Positions 37,040 to 47,264 of a stretch of DNA of 64,000 nucleotides are shown here, in pieces. The stretch lies in NCBI GenBank assembly GCA_965113315.1, contig OZ220365.1. One strand, given 5' to 3'. The stretch's first letter is position 1. The number at the start of each line of letters is the position of its first letter. Below the pieces are notes generated by a model. That model was given only the letters and a program-made list of their open reading frames with translations, was not told the origin of the DNA and did not search any database. The stretch is from Podarcis vaucheri. Taxonomy: Eukaryota. A program made the position numbers and the translations under genes.

Positions 37040-38991
37040 GTACAGGTCATTCTCTCTGATCATTTTTCTTTAAAACATTTCATTAACTAAATATAATGAT
37101 ATAGCTGAGGAAAGAAATACTGATTTTATCATTATATCTGGTTGCCTTGAAATTATTATCTGTGTGAGGATGTTATGCAATTGTTATTAAAAGTTTTTAA
37201 ATGTTCTTAATTTTTAGATACTTTTAATTAGTTTTAAGATGTTAAATATGTTTTTATTTCATTTTTAACTTCTTGGTTTTTCTGCCAGGGTTCATTTAGT
37301 CATTAAAACCTCAATAAGGCTGAGATATCAGTCCTTGGAGATATATTTTCAAACCATTCACGATAAACTGATTTAGATTCTGTAGAAGACTGGTTCAGAA
37401 CCAGATACGCAGTCTGTCTTAAAAATGTATTAAAACATTATTGTTGAACTGTAAATATTCGGAGACAGAAATGTCCAAAATTCTCCCTGATTTTTGTGGG
37501 CCTTTTCTTTGTTCAATAAAGATTTGAAATACTTATGAATGATATGCAAGAGGTTTTTTCATTGATTCTGTCTGAGCAAAGAAAGGATAAATATTAGGCA
37601 ACTTTCTTTGTATAACTGCACCTGCAGACCACATGAACCAGGTAAATCTGTGAACAGTAAAAATGCAATTAAAATATTTTGTGCAGAAATGTATTTTTCT
37701 CAAGAGACTCTTTCCCGTCTGTTTTGAATTTAACATTTTTAGATCTGTTAAAAATGGTATGTGGACCAAAAGGACTAGTTAACAAGATCCCATCAAAGAC
37801 CTTGAAGGGTGAATGCCATTCATAGGACACAGCTTACAGCTGCTCCACAGGTGGCGCTGCTGATGAATGTTCATTGCTATGCTGGTTACAGACATGGCTG
37901 AATTATGAGATACAGTGTTCTGTGTTCCTAAATCCTCTAAAATGGAAGTAAATCCTGTTATTATTAATGCGACCTTACTTCCATATGAATATATTTAGGA
38001 TTAGAGGTTAGTTACTGTGAAATGCCCAAATTTACTTTAGTTTATTGCACCTGTTCCTTTGGATTCCTTGTATATTTTAGATATTTCTGCATCCTTTGAC
38101 TAATTCAGTTGCCGTTTTTTTCCTAAAATGGCTAAAAGGAGCATGTAATTATGTGGCTTCCTCATGCTCTCTTAACCATGGCTGAGAGTACGTCTGCAGT
38201 GGCCCTATCATTCTGAGTAGCAATCTGTTTTGCATTTAGTATTTTTTCTTAGTAATAGTTGGAATACAGGTTTGAGCTTAGTGTTATACTCCCTCAAACA
38301 AGATGAAACTTGAAGTAAAGGATTTTGTTAATCGGATCTAGGGAACAAAGCAGAAACTTTATTAAACTGAGAACTGATAAGTTAATGAAGAGGTTAGTAT
38401 TCTTGTCAAATAGGATGTGACAGTCTGAGAATGATTCTTCTGCAACAGGAAATGAAAGGACCTTGGTATTTTGCCATATTCCACAAAAGAGAAAATGAAA
38501 TTCTGTTTATATGTTGAAATATCAGTTGTATCACCTCATTAACCAATAGAGGCAAAGCCAAAGTGGAACATTTATGTCCTTCTGAGTTGAAACTCTCGGA
38601 TATTATTTACTGTCACTGCTTGTTCGTCCAAGCTGCAACTGAGTTAAGAGTTTTTGGTTTATAAGCCTTGACCAGTATCTCTGTTTGGCAGGAAGGTGGC
38701 ATAGAACTAGTCTGAATATATACATAAGTGGGCTTAAAAAGTTCAAATTTTAAAACAGGAAAAAATTCACTTACTGGATTGCCTCAGTTTAGTACTGGAA
38801 TGGGTCTTCGCGGTCTGTGGTCCCACATATGGGATCTCTAGCTAGGCAAAGCTAGATTCAGTATATTCTTGCACATTAGGCAGGGAGCTGGCACTCTCCC
38901 ATCTCTTCCTGGTTGGAGGTCCTAGCATATGTGCATACCCTTAGAGGTGCATGCAACTTCCAGCTCAGTTTTCTTCTAACTGCTGTGTTAG

Positions 38992-39272
38992 GTAAAGGTA
39001 AAAGGTAAAGGACCCCTGAATGGTTAATTCCAGTCAAAAGCGACTCTGAGGTTGCGGCGCTCATCTCGCTTTCAGGCCGAGGGAGCCGGCATTTGTCCGC
39101 AGACAGCTTTCTGGATCATGTGGCCAGCATGACTAAACCGCTACTGGCACATGACTAAACCGCTACTGGAGCTCACCCCGTCACGGGAATTCGAACCGCC
39201 GACCTTCTGATCAGCAATCCCAAGAGGCTCAGTGGTTTAGACCACAGCGCCATCCGCTCCCCCCTTTTACCT
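38992..39272 (-). mobile_element. Sauria SINE, internally deleted
   Basis: (AAAGGT)n tail; head with B box; 11-bp TSD TGCTGTGTTAG at 38981-38991 and 39273-39283. Confidence 0.9.
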
Positions 39273-40546
39273 TGCTGTGTTAGAAACAACTAGTGGAAAA
39301 CTTATTACTGTAAATTTACTGAATGTGGATTATCTTGAAGGAACTGTTTGTTAAATCCAAGGTACTCAGAATGCAAAGCTCAGTCTAAAGACACTCAAGG
39401 AATCACTGAGATCACGGGTGTCAAATACAAGGCCCGCGGGCCGAATCCGGCCCGCCAGACCTCGTCATGTGGCCCCTGTAGCTGCCGCCGGCGGCCAGCC
39501 TTCACCTTTTATTCTAGGTTTTTTTGGGGGGGGGGGTTGACACAAGGAAGTTTACATGGTGCGGCTCCCTACTCGCCTCCCCCCGTCGCTCTTAAGGACG
39601 TGGTTGCTGCTTCAAATGTCTCTCAACTTGCGCCTTCGTCGTCGGGGGATGAAGCGAGGCGGGCAGCTGGCTTCTTTCTCCCGCTCACTGTTCAAAAAGA
39701 GCAAGCGGAAGGTCAGGTCTCTCCGTGCCACGGAGGGGAGTCTTTCTCCTCGGAGAAACTTTTTTATTCCAGCCTTGGATCTTCTCCGGGGTGCAAACTC
39801 GCCCTGCGGGAGGCGTCCTCTTCTCCTCCGCGCTGGATTTCACCAGCCCGGGGCTTCCCTTCCTCTTCATTTCACCTCCCTCTCCATCTTTGCACAGCCA
39901 GCCTTTCCAGGACCGACGGTGCCTGTGATCAAGTTGTTCTTTGGGAATATGGGGTGGCTGGTGGGGGGGGGTGAGTGGGAGAGAGAGGCGCGCGCACACA
40001 CTCCAAACACCCTTAAAATAAATGTAAAGTGGGGGCGGCAATGATGATGGCTGTGATGGGAGGGGGCTGTGTTGCCTGGCACCCCCTCCACTCTCCGCCC
40101 CCCACCGCCGCCTTCCTCCTCCTCCTCCTCTTGCAATTTCGCGGCAAGCCAAGCGAGGAAGGCGATCTGGCGCCCGGCTCTCGTATCTCAGCTCCACAAG
40201 TTGGACTCCGCGCCCGCGCAGCGGTGCTGGGCGGTTCTCCCAGCCTTCCGGCACATGTCAGTCCCGCTGGCACGTTCCTGGAGGAGATCGGACGCGGCTC
40301 CTTGCAGCCTTTCTATCACTCGGTCACACAATTGGGCAGCTCGCTCTCCGCCCTGCTATTAGCTCCACCTTGATCTCTCCCTCCTGCCTCGGGGAAGGAA
40401 AGGAAGAAGCCGGAGATCCAGTTGCAGGCAGCGCGCTTGCGCTCTTTCGCCTTTTGCGCTCTGCAATGGCACCCCGAGATGGGGGGGGCAGGGGAATTAG
40501 CCAAGGAAAATGAGAGTGCACAAGGCATGTTGATGCTTTCCTGACA

Positions 40547-40548
<2 letters not shown>

Positions 40549-40582
<34 letters not shown>

Positions 40583-40621
40583 CCTCCCTCCCTCCCACAC
40601 ACACATACACACACACACACA
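40549..40621. repeat. Compound (CT)n-(CCCT)n-(CA)n microsatellite
   Basis: Read directly from sequence. Confidence 0.95.
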
Positions 40622-40751
40622 TTTTATTTACAGCCCCATGTCGTGTATGTTTACTCAGAAGCCAGCCTCACTTTCTTCAACAGGAGTTTCAAGTAAATGC
40701 ACATAGGATTGCAGCAATCGTCTCATTAGGGCTCATTCTTTGTAACAACTT

Positions 40752-40823
40752 TGTTTCCTAGTTCTGCTGGATCTTTCAGCGGCCTTTGATACAATCGACC
40801 ATAACATCCTTCTGGACTGTCTA
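40752..40823 (+). mobile_element. L2-clade RT fragment inside the hAT element
   Basis: Translates CFLVLLDLSAAFDTIDHNILLDCL. Confidence 0.85.
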
Positions 40824-42298
40824 CATTATTACAAAAAACAGTAATAATTGAATGCAGTGACAATAATTTATGATAATAAAGAGTGGACACATAGTCCTAC
40901 AGATGCAACCGGCCCTTTGAGGGTGACCAAACTGCTGATGCGGCCCCCCGATGAATTTGAGTTTGACACCCCTGACTGAGATAGATACACATTTCTCTCT
41001 TACACCGCCAAGCCCAGTTTTTTTGTGTATGGTTTGAATAATGTTTGTGGAAACACCAACCATGGCATTTTGGTGGCATGGTAGGAGTGGAAAATGTGTA
41101 GCTTTGGAGAGGTGCTGCCTCTTGTAAATCGTAATCCATGGCGGGCCTTGGGGAAGGGGGAAACAGTAACAGTGAGTTGTCCTGCCCAAATATTTGTAAT
41201 ATCCATAGCCTTCCGTGTCTTCCTACAATGGGAAGCCTAGTAAAATAGAAAATAACTCACCACCTCAGTAAGCCATCCTTGGTTGATAGGAGCATATTCC
41301 ATACCCAAACAAAGGGGCAATATGAGTTGTTTTCAGGCTTTGTACATTCAGAGAACCCTTTCCACATTGGCATTCTGCCAGGGAACCTCTACAAGTTGCA
41401 AATAAGTATGGTGCAATCTAGGATGTATATTAGTGTCTGTGAGGCACTGCCAGGCCTATTGGGCTATCCACTGTCCTACATGAACTGATGGGCACAACTT
41501 AGAACACAACTGGTATTCTCTTGAGGCTGCACATTGCAAAAAAGCATTGGTAATGGACAGCAAGCTATCTTTCATTGATCCTTGTCCATCATTGGTAATG
41601 CTGTGCTGCTTGTTGCTGATCTCTGTAAGCTCACATTAATTCTTGACCCTTTGCTTTCAGACCTATTAATGATGGCAATTCTGTGCCATTTCTTTAGTCT
41701 GAAGGTTCAGAGATGCACGTGGAGATTGGGGGGCTGGTGGTTGATGTCACACCGATACCTACCTCAAGCAGTGAGAAGAGATGCTGTTCCCCACCGGGGT
41801 CCAAAGGGGAAGATTCCTTTCTTGGGATCTCTCCCAAATGAAAGATTGTAGATTCTCAGCAGACTATTATTTTCTGCTCCCCATCAGTTTTCAGATTGTC
41901 TGAGCCAACAAAGCAATTCAAGAGGAGAATGCAGACAGATCTGGTCACAGAAACATGGATCATATATATTTGTACAAGTATGGAACCATTAAATAAATGT
42001 GATAACATATTTTGAGAAAGGTTAATAAGTAACCAGTTGTACTGCTGTTGCTCTTTTATTATAGTCTTACCATGTTTTATTCTTAATTTTATTACTGTCT
42101 TTCTCAGTATGCCAAAATGCTTATAATGGAACATTATAATTAAAAATGGGGAGGAAAACCACCTTCTAATAATGTGTGTAAACCTTTCAAAGAAGGACAT
42201 ACTGTAAGAAGGTAAACAACACAAAATATGTACTGTCAGTGTATCCTAGGTTTTTAGATAAATATTGATCCCATCTTTTTATTTTTCTTCTAATTCAG

Positions 42299-42408
42299 GA
42301 TAGCAGCAAAGTATACACAACACATATTTCCTATTTAGAAATTTATAATGAGTGTGGTTATGATCTGCTGGACCCACGACATGAAGCCTCCAAACTAGAA
42401 GATTTGCC
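42299..42408 (+). CDS. KIF6: KIF6 exon 5 (DSSKVYTTHISYLEIYNECGYDLLDPRHEASKLEDLP)
   Basis: Long pyrimidine tract then ttcag|, donor CC|gtgagt; SYLEIYNE kinesin motif. Confidence 0.97.
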
Positions 42409-43735
42409 GTGAGTGAAACATTTTTAAAAATCACAAATCTTTTCATACAACTGCTTTCAGATTTAGGTGTGGTTATTCTTAATGTATTTCCTTTCCCATA
42501 CCTTTTAGAAAGTAAATATGTCAGTTTAGCATTATGTTGGATCTCATTCATTTAGTGGGAACAATTGGGTTAAAATGTGTATTTAATAGGGGTTGCTGTG
42601 GATTCTGAAAAGAGTTCTGAATTTACAGAGATGTCATTTTTTCACAGACATATCTAAAACAAAGAATATATGTGATTTGAAAAGGGCTGCAAAAATAGAG
42701 ATTTCTGATCACCATTGGCAGTTAAGAAAGTTAGACCTAACAAATATTCCTACTGGACACTTAGATTTTTGCACCTGTCTCATTCTGGCTTTTTTTTTTT
42801 TTTACCAATAGGTACAACTTTTTCCATAGTGGCAGAAAAATATATGAGTTTGATTAGATAGTGTTATGTTGATGGTTTCCAGAGTCAAACTGTCCCTCTC
42901 AAAAAAAAAAAAAAGTGATAGAGGAAACTATTAATACTGTTCAGTATATTGTTTCTCATAATTCAAGTTGCTGCTGCTAGCTTTATATCTATATAAAGTT
43001 GTCTCCATTCCTTCAGTACAGGTAGAAATGTTTTAAATCCATAAGAATTAGTCCTAACTTGGACCTTGATATGGAAAAGTACTGCTAACTTATACATAAT
43101 GATGGAGAGGAGGCAGAAGCAGGATTTTTGTTTTTTCTATAAACAAAGAATGTTTTCATTTGGCTAAGTAGATGGAATTTGTAGCCTTCTTTAAAGCTGG
43201 GTGGAATATGCATAAAACAGAATTAGCCAAGTTGTACTGTACAAATTCTTTGGTTGCATCAGCCAAGCTAGTAAGAAAACCTAACATATGAGGACTTGTT
43301 TTGGTAAGGCGCACACACAGTCATGCACAATCTCAGGTCTAGATGAGGTCTACAAGTTCCACAACCATCAAGTTTTCTCTTTGTTAAGTTGACATAAAAC
43401 CCTAAGCATCTTGGGGCCCAAATGCTGAAAGGAACATCTGTGTGGTGGAGGCCCTTCATTTCCCCCTGGTCAAGTAAAATGGGATAGAGCCTTCTCAATG
43501 GTGGCATCCCATTAATGGACTGCCCTCTCTTCTGACTGAGGTACAAACTCACTTCTGAGGTACAGACAACAATGTTTAGCTTTAGGTGTCAGCTGAAGGC
43601 ATGCCTCTTTGATCAGCATTTTTTATTTTATTTTTGCAGGGGGCAGTGATGTAGTGAGGTCAGTTAGTAATAGCATATTGCCTATTGCATTATTAGAACT
43701 GTCCCAATAATTTTTTCGCTTGTATATGATAATTG

Positions 43736-44200
43736 TGTCATGATCCTTATTAGTTCATGTTTTATGCTTGTAATGAGTATGGGTTGCTCGTGCGTAAGTT
43801 GCTGCCTCTCCTGGCTATGTTGCCTGGTTAAACCTTTCTGTCTGGGCAGCCCTTCACTTCGTGGCTGCCTCAGTCGCTAGCAGAATCCGTCAGTGGGCGT
43901 TTCTTAAACCTTTTCCAACATAAAAGTTGTTTGACGCCAAGTCTCCTCCTACTCTCCCTACGTGGAAGTCTTCTGCGCAGGGAGGGCGTGGGTAGCAGAG
44001 GACCCATGCTCTCCCCGCTGGTGTCTGGTGAAGAGTCCTGGAGCCCTCTCGCCGATTCCCCCATCAGCCCCTCTATATCCCTGGTGTTGCGCTGATTTGC
44101 TTCCCCATCTGCTGAGCTGCCTCTCTCCCTGCTGGGCCCTTCTCCAGCATCATTTGAGAGCCTTCCCTCCGCCTCTAGCTCCGATGTCAGTTCCCTGACA
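43736..44200 (-). mobile_element. Probable solo LTR (Gypsy-like)
   Basis: TGTCA...TGACA termini, 465 bp, sharp composition change; TSD not clean. Confidence 0.6.
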
Positions 44201-44690
44201 ATGCTGTTTCCTGTCATTCTTGAATTAGGGCCAGTCTTTAAGTGGAAGAAAGGAAATAAAACCAAAGATAAAGGGGGAAATGAAAGGATTTATTCTGAGG
44301 GTGGGGAAAACCATCACCACATTGCCTATGAAATGTTTCATGGGCCTGTCTCAAGGTGCAAATATTAACTGCAGGGTTGCACTGGGGTTTTTTTGGTAGT
44401 TCTGATATGAGCACCTGGGAAATTTCTTTTCGCTGAGAGACACAACCTGAGGGTTGCTTTAATTGAGAGTCCTTCATTGTGGGGGGTTGGACTCGATGAC
44501 CCTTGTGTCCCTTCCAGCTCTAAGATTCTATGATTCTATGTTCAGGGGAAAAAACATAAATACAGGCTATCTGTGCATTTATTTATTCACAAAATACACT
44601 ATGGATTATTTAAAAGGGCTGCAATGCCCTAAATGCCGACATTAAGCTTTACTTAAATCTTGTGTTTTTATTTTATTGTATTGTATTGTA

Positions 44691-44870
44691 GAGCCAGTGT
44701 GGTGTAGTGCTTAAGAGCAGTGGAGTCTCTCAGCCTCACTCACCTCACAGAGTGTTTGTTGTGGGGGAGGAAGGGAAAAGAGATTGGTAGCCGCTTTGAG
44801 GCTCCTTAGGGTAATGATAAAGCGGGATATCAAATCCTAACTCCTCCTCCTCCTCCTCCTCCTCTTCTTC
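44691..44870 (+). mobile_element. Squam3-like SINE, internally deleted, abutting KIF6 exon 6
   Basis: Aligns to 6307-6551 but lacks the B-box region; (CTC)n(TTC)n tail runs into TAG|exon 6. Confidence 0.92.
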
Positions 44871-44873
44871 TAG

Positions 44874-45003
44874 AAAGGTGACAATAATGGAAGATCCTGA
44901 TCAGAACATTCATCTGAAACATCTCTCTTTGCAGCAAGCAACCAATGAGGAGGAAGCACTGAACCTTCTTTTCTTAGGAGACACTAACAGGATGATTGCA
45001 GAG
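44874..45003 (+). CDS. KIF6: KIF6 exon 6 (KVTIMEDPDQNIHLKHLSLQQATNEEEALNLLFLGDTNRMIAE)
   Basis: Acceptor ttcttctag| (SINE-derived tract), donor GAG|gtgaga, 130 nt; only this acceptor keeps frame with exon 5. Confidence 0.96.
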
Positions 45004-45169
45004 GTGAGAATCTTTGACTGTAAACAGTTCAATTACCCTCTTGTTGAACTCAAAAGACTTAATATCTTTATTTCTTCTCTTTTGTAAGTCATTTAACACA
45101 AGACTTCAAGTAATTTACAATCAACTTTAGAAACTTTTCAAATTCCATCAAATGCACAGGTCAAGAGGA

Positions 45170-45530
45170 AAATCTTCACCTGGTGCCGATAAGATGTCAG
45201 TGTTGGCACCAGGTGAGCCTCACTTGGGAAAGCATTCCATAGGCAGACAGCCACAACCAAAAAGGCACTTTCTTTTGAGGATCTCTCAGGGGTAGAGCTT
45301 CCAGGGGAAGGCCCCCGGAAGACATTTGTAAGGTCTGGATGAACATAGTCTGGATGTATTCTTGTTGGGAAAGGCAGTCAGTCATTTTTGGTGGCTCCAA
45401 GCTGCATAAAGGTTTATATGTTAAAACCTGCAGCTTATATTGGGCCTCGAAATGTATCAGCAGACAGTGTAATTGTGTTATTGCTAGTGTTATTTGGTCA
45501 GCAATGGAGGAGTGTGCCCTTGGGGGTGAA
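45170..45530 (-). mobile_element. L2 LINE 3' remnant
   Basis: Minus ORF has QLHCLLIHFEAQYKLQVLTYKPLCSLEP, a degenerate L2 ORF2 C-terminus. Confidence 0.75.
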
Positions 45531-47126
45531 GCCAAACTGTTGGAAAGTTGCTGTGCCTGCTGTGGCTGTAGAGACCGATATGGGAGAGACATGTTTCGTT
45601 GCAGCTGGGGCAGATGTAGGTGTCTGATTATGCTGCTGCAGATGCAGCATGGCATTTCTTCTCTCTGTGATCCTCCTAGTGGTCATTCCTCTTCTGGTTA
45701 CTGCTATGGATACATTACATGTCTGTCTCTAGGCACTGTGGTCATCTGCAAAGGATTCTCACACAGTGGGGTTGATCAGACATCTTTGTAACACAGAGTT
45801 GGTCTGCCAATGGGCCTGGTGCCTGAAGCCAGCTCAACATGATAATAAATCTGAATTGATGGTATATTGCATGAGATCCATGCAAACTGTGTTGTATGGA
45901 GAATTGAGTGCATGCTTGGATCATAGACCAATGTGAATTGGGCAAGTATGATTTTGAGGCTTGAGGAGATCTGAGCAGACGCTAGACTTCTTCATTCAAT
46001 CCATTTTGATACAGTCATTACCATATGGTGATAGTAGACTACATTGTGTTATGAGAAGAGCTGTGAGTGAAGCCAGGAAGTGAGGAAAAAGGAATGAGAT
46101 AACACGTCCACATCAAGTTCACACATATGGTATATGAGTATGACTGTGATAGATCTTCATGGCATGATGTATATATCCACAAAGACTCAGAAAAAGACTT
46201 CTAAAGGCAACAATGGGCATTATTAACAAGGGTATGAAACCTTTCAATTCACTAGTGAAAAGAGCTCTTTTGCTTAAATCTATAAGACAACTTCAGAGCA
46301 GCAAAAAAAAATTCAGTGGGGAATTTTCAAACACAAGGCAAAAAGGCTTTTGATTTCTGGCACCTGGAAAGCAAGAATTTTTGGCACATTTGAAGCACTC
46401 ATTTTGGCTTGTGTAAAATGTCATGGTCTGGCTTTTTAAGATTATGTACATCTTAATACTAACACTGGATATCTGGTTATGTTATCATCCAAAAGAGAAA
46501 TAAAAATAGTTGTTTTTTTTAACTGGTCAGTATTTTTTCTGATGAAGCATCATACTACAAGATTGACTCTTGTCATTTTTTAAAACGAGGTTTCCAACTT
46601 CATATTGAAAGAGACAAATTCAGAAGCTACTATGGCAACCAGAAAACATCTGCAAAACATAGTCTCTAGGCCTGAAGTACATAGTCAAGTTCTTATGGCT
46701 CATTTTCATGTCCTTACAGCAAAGCCAACATTTGCAGGAAAAGTTATTAAGAAAGTTACATGCTTTTAAAATCGGAACACTAGAAGCAATCTCAAAACTT
46801 CAGCCAGCTTTAGAGGTTTCTTAAAGTTATTAAATAAGAATTGCACATTAGTTAATTCTTCTGAGCTTGTAATTCTAGGTAAAAGAACCAGATTTGTTCG
46901 TAATGTTTGGTTTTTGAGTATATGTGTAAAATTACCCTTAAATAAATCTTTTTTCATGGAAATGCATGTTTTATGGTACAGTGCAACACATTTGTCCAAA
47001 TCATGAACTGGATTAGGCCGACTTGTAACTATTTGTGCCAAACACAGATTGAATCGAGGCAGCTAGAAATCACTAGAGTGGGTCAGGCGGACCCAAATTA
47101 ATTTGTAGAGATTTGAAAAAGGATAT

Positions 47127-47262
47127 TAGAATAATAGAATTATAGAGTTGGAATGGACCCTGAGGATCATCTAGTTCAACCCCCTGCAATGCAGGAATAT
47201 GCAGCTTTCCATACAGGGATCAAACTTACGACCTTGGTACTATCAGCACCACACTCTAACCA
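47127..47262 (-). mobile_element. tRNA-derived SINE with CR1-type tail
   Basis: Antisense CR1 tail joined to tRNA-like head (gaccttgg...agcaccacactctaacc). Confidence 0.75.
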
Positions 47263-47264
47263 GA

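Larger units (their letters stand above)
39413..40974. mobile_element. 1562-bp non-autonomous hAT carrying CpG-rich cargo (Pack-type)
   Basis: TIR CACGGGTGTCAAA/TTTGACACCCCTG; GGCCC subterminal repeats; perfect TSD ACTGAGAT at 39405-39412 and 40975-40982; no transposase ORF. Confidence 0.92.

Noticed and set aside
39348-40620. Cluster of long overlapping ORFs (up to 208 aa) on both strands
   Set aside because: Expected from high GC and microsatellites inside the hAT cargo; no recognisable domain and no transposase motifs.
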